Shown: positions 37,984 through 47,409, numbered from the stretch's first letter. The stretch is DNA of 60,850 nucleotides from Candidatus Thorarchaeota archaeon (GCA_048884965.1 JBHLQH010000021.1:1-60850), one strand, 5' to 3'. Notes: generated by a model not told the origin, from the letters alone. Translations and numbers: made by a program.

Positions 37984-38823
37984 CTAGAGGTCCTTTGCCC
38001 GAATTGATTCGATGTTCAGGCTATCTAGAATGGGCAGTAGATGTTCTCGCTGTTCCATGTTTGTACCTTTCCAATCTATGACAGCTCTTTTCACTTGTGC
38101 TTGGGAACGAGAGATCATCTGTCGTATAACGGATTCAGGGATTTCGTTAAGTGCATACTTTGGAGCAATATGTCCTATCTGAAGATCGTTTTCAAGAACC
38201 AACTTGTTGAACTTGGAAACATAGTGGGTCCCACCGAATCCAATATCGCACTCTCTACCAAATGGTTCCTTAGTGCACTGGATTGCCGCAGCAGCAACTG
38301 CTCTCGCACCATCCTCGTGAGTCCAGTATGTTTCATTACTACCCAATTCTACAAAGACCAAGGGAGTATTCATACTAGTGGGACCATGATGAGTTGCTTC
38401 CATGGTGACATCGAATTCAACCAACTCTCTTTCGTCTCGCTCCTTTTGCAAACATTTGAGTGCAGCAGAAGCTAGCGAAGAGGAGCAGATGGACAGAGAG
38501 AAAGGGTCACCACCAAATAAAGCATCAGGGCCCAGATTGCCGGTGCTATGTACAAGTAAAGCGGGTTGTCCAGATTCAGCTCTGTGTCGAGAACAGAAGA
38601 TATACACATCAGCAGGAACCTCATCTTCAAGATGATTCGATTGAACCATATCACGGGATGAAGTAATTAGCTTGACTCTATCATCATTTACAAGAATCGG
38701 ATGTCCATCGAAGGTCTCTCCATTCTCTCTAAAATCATAATCTTGGATGAGTACTTGTTTAATGGTTAGACTAGCAGGATCGCGAATTGAAGTAACGAGA
38801 ACTCGCAAAGTGATGAACCTCAA
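37984..38823 (-). CDS. dtdA: D-aminoacyl-tRNA deacylase, archaeal DTD2 type
   Basis: SIRDPAS, FCSRHRAES, LLVHSTGN, EATHHGPT, FVELGS, GFGGTHY, GHIAPKY. Confidence 0.92.
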   Translation of the reverse strand: MRFITLRVLVTSIRDPASLTIKQVLIQDYDFRENGETFDGHPILVNDDRVKLITSSRDMVQSNHLEDEVPADVYIFCSRHRAESGQPALLVHSTGNLGPDALFGGDPFSLSICSSSLASAALKCLQKERDERELVEFDVTMEATHHGPTSMNTPLVFVELGSNETYWTHEDGARAVAAAAIQCTKEPFGRECDIGFGGTHYVSKFNKLVLENDLQIGHIAPKYALNEIPESVIRQMISRSQAQVKRAVIDWKGTNMEQREHLLPILDSLNIESIRAKDL

Positions 38824-40064
38824 TTCTGCTCAATCTTGCATTTCTCTAGTAGGGGAATTAGTTTTAGTTCTTCGACTTCGATGCCAATCTTCTCATCGAA
38901 CGCCTGATTGATTTCTGTTTCAACTCTGGTCTTGAAATCCTCGAATTTCTCAATTTCACGTCGGATATCATCACCAACTCGAAGCAAATCATTCCTGTGA
39001 TATTCATAATTCTTCTTTGCTTCCTCCAACGCAGTTTCCAGGCTTTTGTTCTTGGCGTACACATCTGAGCCAGCATATTGAGTCCGCTTATTGTCAATAT
39101 CCTTAGCTTTCATCTGAAGATCCCTGAGCGAGCCATTCTTGATAATCTCAATCTCCTCAATAGACCGACGTGCAAGACGGTCTTTTAGCTTCAATGAACC
39201 AGATTCTATCGCCTTCACAAGTCCGTCCAGTCCCTCTACAAGAGCAGGATATCCTTCGGGTTCTTGTACGATAGCTGCAAAGGGATCTTCGAAATATTCC
39301 GCTAAAGCCTTCTGCCCAGATGGTCCTATCCGGACGCCGGTATCAGTTTGACCAAATTTCTTCACAGTCTTTCGAAGAGTGTTTAGCTTCATTCGAAGCA
39401 GACCTGCTATTCGCTCTGATTCCTCATCCAAGTTGAGTAGCTCTGACACATTGGACTCCTTCTTGAAGCTCTCAAACACATCTCGCTTCTGGTTGTATTC
39501 ACCTTGAGCTTGCTCAATCTTCATTCTGATGGTTCGTATCTGTTCCTCGTATACTTCTGTGCCATAGGTAATCTCTCGCATGGTTGTGATGCGACCACCG
39601 ATACGCTCCAGATCCTTTAACCAGCTGTATTCGTAGAGGAGTTTGGACAACTTCTTCATCTCATTACCGAGGTCGCCCATATGTCGATCCAAAGATTTGA
39701 TTGTGTCCTTGTATTTCTTATCCATGCGCCTAATCCATCGAGCCCCTGCACCCCAAATCTCTTGGATGAAATATTGAATCTCTCCTTGCATCGCCTCAGT
39801 ACTTTCGTAGGTGATGTCCTTCTTGACATCAAAATTCGCTACAATCTCATCGATTTTATTGGCGAACCTAGTGGCAGTGCCTTCTGCTTCTGCATCACTT
39901 TCTTTGCTGGCTTCCTTAAGCTCTGCACCCACTGCCTTGATGTCTCTAAGAGAAGCCTCAACGATTCTATAGCTCTTCTCTGCCAGCTTGCGAAAATCCT
40001 TACTCTTGTCACTAAGTTTTTTCCGATACCATTTCTCTAGTTCAGGGATTGATAGCGTTCTCAT
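38820..40064 (-). CDS. Long all-alpha/coiled-coil protein
   Basis: Helical and charged throughout, no NTPase motifs; probable start MRTLS at 40064; stop overlaps the dtdA start. Confidence 0.75.
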   Translation of the reverse strand: MRTLSIPELEKWYRKKLSDKSKDFRKLAEKSYRIVEASLRDIKAVGAELKEASKESDAEAEGTATRFANKIDEIVANFDVKKDITYESTEAMQGEIQYFIQEIWGAGARWIRRMDKKYKDTIKSLDRHMGDLGNEMKKLSKLLYEYSWLKDLERIGGRITTMREITYGTEVYEEQIRTIRMKIEQAQGEYNQKRDVFESFKKESNVSELLNLDEESERIAGLLRMKLNTLRKTVKKFGQTDTGVRIGPSGQKALAEYFEDPFAAIVQEPEGYPALVEGLDGLVKAIESGSLKLKDRLARRSIEEIEIIKNGSLRDLQMKAKDIDNKRTQYAGSDVYAKNKSLETALEEAKKNYEYHRNDLLRVGDDIRREIEKFEDFKTRVETEINQAFDEKIGIEVEELKLIPLLEKCKIEQN

Positions 40065-40224
40065 TTGTCTGGCACACTCGGATGTTTGCGAATTTTCATG
40101 CGCGTTTATCAACCTTTTGAAAGAAGAGGAATTGCTCTACACATAAGAGAAATTCTTGTCAGTAGAGGGAGGCTTTATATCATTCAGGATTGCCGTAAGT
40201 GTGCATAGGAACAAGTGGTCGGTC

Positions 40225-41025
40225 ATGTCAGAGGTCTTAGAAACCGGTAACCGGAAACCGAGACTCGATGCTGCCTATTCCCTTGAATGTGCTTCTTGAG
40301 GACAAGGTCGCAACGGACTCTTCATCAAAAGATTGAGCTTGATTGATCCCAAAGGCCATGATAGACTGTTGCTACGGAATCCAGCGAACTATAAAGCAGG
40401 ATTCTGGACAACATTCGTCTATGATAGTCAACCTCATGCCATCAGTTCCACGGAACCGATGAATAGGATGAATGTCACTTCAGAAACAGGGATTGGAACT
40501 GTGAAGATCTCAGCGGGATACAATCACCATGGTTGTAAACCACTGATTGAATTGACAGATAGTCTCTGGAGCAAGAACAAGCCAATGCTCTTCTGGCGTC
40601 ACAGTATAAAGAATACTGGGCGCATGGCCTTTGAGGATGTCAAAGCATATCTCTTGATGGACTTTGATATCGGAGGACCCAACAGCTACAAGGATGATAG
40701 TGGTCAGTATGACCCTGAAAAGGGAATTATGACTGTCTGGGATGAGAATCATCTCTTTGTACAACTAACGGGAAATCCAAAACCATCCGCTGGAGAGGTA
40801 TCAACGCCTGTCAAGTTGGTCATTGATGAAACCCGACGCGACCTAGGAAAACACCTCGAGATGGGTCCACGAGACATCGTAATCGGACTACAATGGAATC
40901 TTGGGAATATCGACCTTGGTGAAATAGCTACAGTCGATGTTGCCCTTGTTTCGGCAGTGAGCCTCGATGAGGTGAGAGACCTCACGCAAGACGCGTGGAG
41001 CCTCTTCGACAGGAAAATGCGATGA
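40225..41025 (+). CDS. Beta-rich protein with an in-frame TGA at codon 25 (C-A-S-UGA); candidate selenoprotein
   Basis: ATG 40225 is in frame with the 40333-41025 ORF; the only interruption is TGA at 40297-40299; TTTATAT box about 42 nt upstream of the ATG. Confidence 0.6.
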
Positions 41026-41131
41026 CATGAACACTGGAAATAAATGATGCTCATAGAGCTCAGGGAAGCACCCTGTTTCCTGTCGTACACCTCAGAATAC
41101 AGCAAGACGAAGTGACCCGCCTCGATTCTGC

Positions 41132-41458
41132 TCATCTAATATCTTCAAGATACTCGACAAGCATCAATGCTTCCTCCGTGAAGTGAGCAGGTTCACCTCT
41201 GTTGTTGATATCTCCACCAACTAGGAAACCCATTGCTACCAAGGAACGTAGATTCCATTTCACCGTACTATATGCAACTCCGGACTTTCGAGAGACCAGA
41301 TCAGCTAGTGTCGTAAGGGAAACCTCACGGTATCGCAGTGTATTTACACTATGCACTAACACTGATTTCTGAGTGGGATTCATCTTTGATTCAGCTAGCT
41401 TCAGAAATACAGAAGCTAGACTTCTAAAAGAAGATCCATAGGGAGTTTGTTCACACAT
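41132..41458 (-). CDS. Winged-helix DNA-binding protein
   Basis: MNPTQKSVL...SLTTLADLVSRKSGVAYSTVKWNLRSLVAMGFL..G; start moved to MCEQ because the upstream sequence is occupied by a small ORF. Confidence 0.75.
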   Translation of the reverse strand: MCEQTPYGSSFRSLASVFLKLAESKMNPTQKSVLVHSVNTLRYREVSLTTLADLVSRKSGVAYSTVKWNLRSLVAMGFLVGGDINNRGEPAHFTEEALMLVEYLEDIR

Positions 41459-41468
41459 CGGGCAGGTC

Positions 41469-41573
41469 TTAGACCCATCTGAGAACACAATCACCTTGTC
41501 TGGTAATTTCGCACTCACCTGGACATTTGACCCGACATCGATGGGCATCTGATGCAGTTGCTTCTATACCCAT
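41469..41573 (-). CDS. 34-aa Cys-rich microprotein
   Basis: GAGGTGA RBS, then MGIEATASDAHRCRVKCPGECEITRQGDCVLRWV*; ends 10 nt before the wHTH ATG. Confidence 0.55.
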   Translation of the reverse strand: MGIEATASDAHRCRVKCPGECEITRQGDCVLRWV

Positions 41574-41660
41574 TTCTTTTTTCACCTCTTTTTACATAGG
41601 GTCGACCAAATAGATTGCGAGTTTGTACTTAAATTTTCGCAGTAACGCTCAATTGCAGAT

Positions 41661-42155
41661 TTATAGAAAATCATCAGGCATCTCTAATCCTAATGATTGC
41701 AGCTTTCCAAAACCTTTGGAATACAGGCTCATGTGATGGCGAATGTCTTCCTCAATTAAAGCCAGTGATTCAAGAGACACAATGATGCCGTCCAAACCTT
41801 CAGACCTGTAATCATCTAGCATTGAACTAAGTGTGTCGCTCATCTGAAGCATCAGATCTTGAATGGTAACATTGAGATCAATCATCGAACGAACCGTTTC
41901 TGTTGCAGGGCCATGAGGCATGTAGGGTAGAAAATCTTCCAACGCAACACCAGCTTCACGACACTTATCCACACGCCCAGGGATGATCTCATCAACCATA
42001 TTGTGCAGCCATCCTAGACGTTCTTGATGAGTCAGGCTCTGGAGACCATCCATTGAGAAATATCCAGTCCATGGCATGAACTCTGTGCCTTCATAGGAAA
42101 TCCATTCATCAAAGGCAGATAATACACGACGCCATCCCTCTTCAGTTTCGGACAT
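41661..42155 (-). CDS. Hypothetical helical protein
   Basis: Probable start MSETEEGW after GGTTGA; acidic helical composition. Confidence 0.7.
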   Translation of the reverse strand: MSETEEGWRRVLSAFDEWISYEGTEFMPWTGYFSMDGLQSLTHQERLGWLHNMVDEIIPGRVDKCREAGVALEDFLPYMPHGPATETVRSMIDLNVTIQDLMLQMSDTLSSMLDDYRSEGLDGIIVSLESLALIEEDIRHHMSLYSKGFGKLQSLGLEMPDDFL

Positions 42156-42221
42156 TTCCATCAACCTAGCGGATAGTCGGCATCGAAGGTTATAAAGTAA
42201 CGTGAGCTTTTCTGATATAGG

Positions 42222-42896
42222 ATGACTGGTCGAATTCAAGAACTAGTAGAGATTCTCAAATTATCGAAAGAGTCCGAACATACTGAGCTCCCAGATTCTC
42301 TACAAGAACTGTTAACGAATTTCGGATACAATAACACATCAGAGATAAATCGGGAGATGCGGATTGAGATCGCATTGGAAGCGATTTCGAGAGGATGCGA
42401 AGCAGAGATAGTCATCCAGCAGTTGACATGGAAGGACTTCGAAGGATTTGTCGCTAGAGTCCTTCAAGAGAATGATTATCACTGTACAGAGAGTTACAGG
42501 AGAAGAGGCAATAAACTAGTTGAAGGAATGGAAATCGATGTTATCGGAGTTAAAGGAAGATCAATTCTGGCAATTGATGCCAAGATGTGGGGAATTAGGT
42601 CAGGTAAGACATCCGCTATTAAAGAAGCTATTAAGAAGCAAGTGATTCGCACTGAGAGGCTAAGTCACGACCTGGAAAAACTGAGTAAGAAGATTCCAGC
42701 AATGTCCCCAGGAATCTATACTCTCATACCTATAATGGCGACATGGTTGGTAGAAGATGTTCAGATTCATGAGGGAGTGCCAGTCATACCGATATTCAAA
42801 CTAAACGCATTTCTCCTCGACCTTGCGAGATTTGAGGATTTTCTAATATCCTTTGAAGGGAACTTGAACAGGCAAATGCAGCAGTCGAAACTATAG
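42222..42896 (+). CDS. PD-(D/E)xK nuclease, Mrr/NERD-like
   Basis: LTWKDFEGFVARVL...MEIDVIG....LAIDAKMW. Confidence 0.75.
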   Translation: MTGRIQELVEILKLSKESEHTELPDSLQELLTNFGYNNTSEINREMRIEIALEAISRGCEAEIVIQQLTWKDFEGFVARVLQENDYHCTESYRRRGNKLVEGMEIDVIGVKGRSILAIDAKMWGIRSGKTSAIKEAIKKQVIRTERLSHDLEKLSKKIPAMSPGIYTLIPIMATWLVEDVQIHEGVPVIPIFKLNAFLLDLARFEDFLISFEGNLNRQMQQSKL

Positions 42897-43925
42897 GGGC
42901 TCTATCTCGTACGGAGAGACCACATTCGTTACAGTATCCATCTTGAGGACTCTCATAAACTCATCATGAGAAGCGCCTCGTCTGATTGCATCCATAACAG
43001 AGGGGTATGTCTTGATGTTCTCCAAAGTAGCATACCCTAAGGACACAACCCGTTCCTCTGCCGAAAGGGCTTTCGTGTCTTCAAATCTGAGTGCATCTCT
43101 TTCTAGCGTTTCAATAACTGGGCGTAGAAATGTACCTGTCACTGTTTCAGTATTGAGAGAAGCAAGTCCGGCCCCACAGGAAGGTCCCTCTCCTTCAAAG
43201 TTGCCATGAACAACAACAATGATCCTGCGCTCAACAGTTTCCTTTGAAAGCCATTCTTCAAAGAAATCATTCAATTGAACCGTTTCTTCAATTGATTCAT
43301 CAAAGGGAGGCACATGTGCACCTAAGGTCTGTATCGCCATTGGAACCCCATTTGGTGTTACTGGTGGAGTAACTCGGGAATCAGAGCAGATCACCACAAG
43401 CGTATCATCATCGACGTATTCGGGTCTTGAAATACGCTTTAGTATGTAGTTCTCAAGCTCATAGGCTCGATCAAATCCATGAGCGACCAATCGCGCATCT
43501 CCTCGCTCGTAATCGACTCGAAAGGCAAGAAGAGGGATGTCATTGAGATCGGGATGTGCTGCAGCATTTTCAATCGATGCTCTCACAACATTTCCTGATT
43601 CCTCGACATCAAAAGTCAGGATTACTCCTGTCTTCTCAGGAAATTGCTTGCTATATGCGGCGGGTCCTGCAAATAGGAACGGAGAAGCATCAGGTAATGG
43701 CAGGATGTGATCTCTTACACGTGTAGCATGAAATGCATCTCCTTGACCGAATCTGAATAACTGTAAATCTTGAGAGCTGCGATGTATTGGAGATATTATG
43801 AGAAATCGAGGTGCTTGTCCCATGGCAGCCTGTTTCTTTTTCTCAGCAATCTCAGGATCTTGTTTACCATCTTCAGCTATCTTCGCAGAAAGTTCGGTGA
43901 TCTTTCGAATCATGTGAATTCTCAC
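42891..43925 (-). CDS. Internally duplicated beta-carbonic-anhydrase-like protein
   Basis: C-domain: VICSDSRV and VVHGNFEGEGPSCGA; N-domain: GQAPRFLII, GDAF. Confidence 0.6.
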   Translation of the reverse strand: MRIHMIRKITELSAKIAEDGKQDPEIAEKKKQAAMGQAPRFLIISPIHRSSQDLQLFRFGQGDAFHATRVRDHILPLPDASPFLFAGPAAYSKQFPEKTGVILTFDVEESGNVVRASIENAAAHPDLNDIPLLAFRVDYERGDARLVAHGFDRAYELENYILKRISRPEYVDDDTLVVICSDSRVTPPVTPNGVPMAIQTLGAHVPPFDESIEETVQLNDFFEEWLSKETVERRIIVVVHGNFEGEGPSCGAGLASLNTETVTGTFLRPVIETLERDALRFEDTKALSAEERVVSLGYATLENIKTYPSVMDAIRRGASHDEFMRVLKMDTVTNVVSPYEIEPL

Positions 43926-44018
43926 TACTCCATGCCTAGAATTCTCTGATTGGGTGTTCTAGAAAAACTTGACGCACCTCAACAAATCCGGTCGTCAGTT
44001 CCTATCCAGCTGATGCTA

Positions 44019-44306
44019 CTATACGAAGGTGCGTCCTGAGAGCTGGTACCTATGAGCGTCCTCTGCGATCATCTCCCAAGTAGGATTGTTATTGATCACA
44101 GCCTTGCAAGCTTCTACTCTCGCTTCATCCCAACTCCTTTCTTGCAAGAGCTTCTCAAGCAGATTTCTGTACTTGATCTGTTCACGAGTAGTGTAGATGG
44201 CCTCCGAGCTTTGGACTACTAGTTTTTCCGCGCCTTGTCGCGACATGCCATAGGTATCGACTAAGAACGAAACCATCCTTTCAAAGGGTTTGTCTTTCCC
44301 GCTCAT
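44019..44306 (-). CDS. Hypothetical protein
   Basis: About 95-aa helical ORF from MSGKDK; upstream CTTATAT box. Confidence 0.6.
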   Translation of the reverse strand: MSGKDKPFERMVSFLVDTYGMSRQGAEKLVVQSSEAIYTTREQIKYRNLLEKLLQERSWDEARVEACKAVINNNPTWEMIAEDAHRYQLSGRTFV

Positions 44307-44387
44307 ACCTATATGTATGCGTGAACGGATATAAGTCATTTCTGGCTGCGGTATGTCTGATTACAAACAAGATTCCTGTACCAAGTA

Positions 44388-45185
44388 TCATTTTGAAACA
44401 AAACTGGGCAACCATCCAATTATTCCATCTCTTTCAACAATCTCAACGGAAGCCATCGAATTCACTTGAAATGCCTTTACGAGCTGGGAGAGTGAATCCT
44501 TGGTAAATGGTTCCTCCCAGCCTAAACCTATTTGTGATTGATATACCTCCATGGGAACGCCAATATCGCAGATATAGAGGTCACCAGTGAAATCAGGATA
44601 TGCCTTTAGAAGTCCTTCCTTAACAAAAGCAATTGTAAGTGTCGAGGTTGGTTTCAAATCTGCTTGACTGTCACCGGTATCAGGATTCAGACCAGATGGT
44701 ACATCAAGGCACACCGTACAATCACTCTGTGCCAAGTACTCAAAGACATTGTCAGTTATTTCATCGTCCCTTGATACAAAACCATAGCCAAGGTAGGCAT
44801 CCAGAACTACATCCGTAGAACTCATCTCCGACGGCATTCCATTCGATACGGGAACACTCAGGGATCGCAATCTAACATATTGTCCAGCAGGAATACGCCT
44901 GAAGGAAATGACTCCTCTTGGCGCATATACTTCAACATTATACCCCCATGCGAAGAGTCGTCTAGCAGCGACCATTCCACCTGCTCCATTGTTTCCAGAA
45001 CCAACTATAATTCTAAAGGTAGTGGTTTCATCATGCCGGCATTGTACAGCAAGACGGGCTAGAGTGGAACCAGCGTGCTCCATCATAAGTTCAACTGGAA
45101 CATCCAAATTCTCCACCATAATCCTATCAACGGCCATAATCTGTTCTTTGGTCAATCCGGGAAGAGTCATAGTATCACTGTCCAA
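44388..45185 (-). CDS. nnrE: NAD(P)H-hydrate epimerase (YjeF_N)
   Basis: LMMEHAG, GSGNNGAGG, DAYLGYG, LDVPSG, CDIGVP. Confidence 0.9.
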   Translation of the reverse strand: MDSDTMTLPGLTKEQIMAVDRIMVENLDVPVELMMEHAGSTLARLAVQCRHDETTTFRIIVGSGNNGAGGMVAARRLFAWGYNVEVYAPRGVISFRRIPAGQYVRLRSLSVPVSNGMPSEMSSTDVVLDAYLGYGFVSRDDEITDNVFEYLAQSDCTVCLDVPSGLNPDTGDSQADLKPTSTLTIAFVKEGLLKAYPDFTGDLYICDIGVPMEVYQSQIGLGWEEPFTKDSLSQLVKAFQVNSMASVEIVERDGIIGWLPSFVSK

Positions 45186-45258
45186 TCAAACCTCTTAGAT
45201 TTTACCACGACCAAACTGTAAAGGTTAAATTGGTGGATATCATAACCATAGTTAATAG

Positions 45259-45927
45259 GTGATAGCTATGGAGATAAATCAATCAATTTGCTGTAGAAAA
45301 CTCAAGAGAGCTGATGTCCTGGATCTAAAAGAGAAGAAGATAGGTCATATCGGAGACATGGTTTTCAAGTTCGACGGTGAGCTGAAGCTTTCAAAATTCG
45401 TCTTATCAGGACCGCTATCTGAGGAGCTGATGGAAGTCCTCCGCATAAAGAAGGATAGTGATCCCATTTTTGACGCTTCAATAATCAAGAGGCTTGGTGA
45501 GAAAGTTCAACTGACAGCAGAAAAGAGTTCTCTAAAAACAACGAGAGATAAGGATGCAATAGGTGCGAATGAGATTCGTTTCTCAAACCTAGAAAAGCTT
45601 GAGATAATTGACAAACATGGCGAGAAGGTTGGTAAGGCTATTGATGTCGACTTTGACAAAGAAGGAACAGCTTCTCTAATTGTTGGAGGAGGCTTCTTTG
45701 AAGAGAAACTTGAGGCGATAGGATTCAAGAAAGATGTTGATATAATTGTTCCAAGTGAGGTCATAGCGAAGATTGACAACAAGATTTGCCTAAAGGTAGC
45801 AAAAGAAGATTTGGCATTGACTATGGAAGAAGAACTCAAAATGAGCTCAGCCAAGAAGGCAAGGTCAGATATTGTCGTTCATAGAGATGTATCAAGAGTG
45901 AGATTGTTTTCCCATAGACCGCTCTAG
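45259..45927 (+). CDS. Tandem PRC-barrel protein
   Basis: Two repeats: DVLDLKEKKIGHIGDMVF and EIIDKHGEKVGKAIDVDF...IIVPSEVIAKIDNKI. Confidence 0.8.
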   Translation: MIAMEINQSICCRKLKRADVLDLKEKKIGHIGDMVFKFDGELKLSKFVLSGPLSEELMEVLRIKKDSDPIFDASIIKRLGEKVQLTAEKSSLKTTRDKDAIGANEIRFSNLEKLEIIDKHGEKVGKAIDVDFDKEGTASLIVGGGFFEEKLEAIGFKKDVDIIVPSEVIAKIDNKICLKVAKEDLALTMEEELKMSSAKKARSDIVVHRDVSRVRLFSHRPL

Positions 45928-45967
45928 TAGGCTCTTCATTAAACGAAGAGCCGGGTGGCTCTCATTA

Positions 45968-47275
45968 CTAATCGCGCAGACCTTCTATCTTCTTTTGAAG
46001 TTCGTTCAGTGTTTCTCCATGGAAGGGATACTTTGAGATGATAAATGCCCCAATGACTATAGCAATGAAGGGGATTATCGATACCAGAAGCCGCAAACCA
46101 AATAATGCGTCTGCAGGTTGCGTAGCGAGATTCTCATCAAACCCTGAAGAATAAAGCAGTACGGCATAGGTCCATGCTTGTACGACTACTGCGAATCGCA
46201 TGATAAAGGCATTGAAGCCAAAGTATGCCCCTTCACGTCGTTTTCCTGTTTCTACCTCATCTGCATCTATTGCAAAGGCTATGAGAATATCTGGTTGAAT
46301 CATGAATCCTCCAACGCCAGCTCCTGCAATGGCGATAATAATAAGTGCAGTAGTGAAATCTGGTACGAACATCATCGCAAGTAAGACCACACCTACCCAT
46401 AACATGGTGACGATGGACGTCGTTCTCGGACCTTTGATCACATTCATCTTGTTCCACACGAAGAATACTGGCAAAGCAACCAGGAATAGCATCAGAAAGA
46501 GAAGAGTGACATCATTACCCAGGATATATGTTGCATAGAATGGCAATGCACCAATGACAACTGCAATTACATACTGTACGCAGAAATTGTACAATACAAA
46601 AATCACGAATGCCTTGTTTGTGAATGTATGCTTCATTCCTTCAAGAAGTGGCAAGGTCTCCTCCTTTCGGAACTCCTCCGCCTCCCTTGAACCTGATAGT
46701 GAAAGGAATGCGAAAAGGGAAGAGGTGATTCCTATTGCCAATCCAACTATTGGCCAGCCAATCATTGCAGCAAGTATTGCAGGAGCTGCTGTGCCTATGA
46801 TCAATCCGAAGATGGAGAAGATTTGACGAATCACTGACACCTGAGACCTTTCCTCATTGCTTGCATACATCTCTGGAAACAGTGCTGTCCAATTCAGTAC
46901 TACAATTGTGTAGCATGTGTCATAGAAGATAATGGAAAGAGTTAGCCAGATGAATAGATTGAAGTCTCCGATTGAGAGTGCATCACCAGGTGGACCAAAT
47001 ACAAGGAATGTTGAAAGTGCAAGGGGTATAGCAAAGACAGCGATCCAAGGAATTCTCCTTCCCCAGCGAGTCCTTGTCTTATCTGATAGGTAGCCAAAGA
47101 TAGGATCATTTACAGCATTCCAAATTGACCAGAGCGTAAGAGCTGAAGCCAGCCAGAACTCATTCATATGAAGATTCACCGCATAGTGAAAGAATAGATA
47201 CGTCTGTATCGCGTACTGTGGCAAGGCTGCAGTGATACTACCTGAGCTATAGCCTATCTTTGTGAGTAGTCCCAT
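45968..47275 (-). CDS. MFS transporter, GPH (MelB-like) family
   Basis: WNAVNDPIFGYLSDKTRTRWGRRIPW, DADEVETGKRREGAYFG; about 12 TM helices. Confidence 0.92.
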   Translation of the reverse strand: MGLLTKIGYSSGSITAALPQYAIQTYLFFHYAVNLHMNEFWLASALTLWSIWNAVNDPIFGYLSDKTRTRWGRRIPWIAVFAIPLALSTFLVFGPPGDALSIGDFNLFIWLTLSIIFYDTCYTIVVLNWTALFPEMYASNEERSQVSVIRQIFSIFGLIIGTAAPAILAAMIGWPIVGLAIGITSSLFAFLSLSGSREAEEFRKEETLPLLEGMKHTFTNKAFVIFVLYNFCVQYVIAVVIGALPFYATYILGNDVTLLFLMLFLVALPVFFVWNKMNVIKGPRTTSIVTMLWVGVVLLAMMFVPDFTTALIIIAIAGAGVGGFMIQPDILIAFAIDADEVETGKRREGAYFGFNAFIMRFAVVVQAWTYAVLLYSSGFDENLATQPADALFGLRLLVSIIPFIAIVIGAFIISKYPFHGETLNELQKKIEGLRD

Positions 47276-47409
47276 GTTAGTCACACCAGACTTTCATTGA
47301 GGACATGGTGAGATATAAGCAACTTGGAGAGAGACCAAATACATATCAAGACAAAGTATATCATGTAGAAAACCGATTCTATACGGTATCACCCGGAGGT
47401 AGTTTGCAC

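Noticed and set aside
31893-40064. SMC/Rad50 or Wadjet-type system suggested by the long coiled coils
   Set aside because: No Walker A/B, signature motif, hinge or zinc hook in any rod, and no kleisin or Mre11 neighbour
40749-41135. 128-aa minus-strand ORF whose ATG overlaps the wHTH stop (ATGA)
   Set aside because: About 277 nt lie antisense to the well-formed plus-strand gene and the translation is Ser/Arg-rich; likely a shadow ORF
42222-42896. Restriction-modification or defence island around the PD-(D/E)xK nuclease
   Set aside because: No methyltransferase, other defence gene or mobility gene nearby; looks like a resident solitary nuclease
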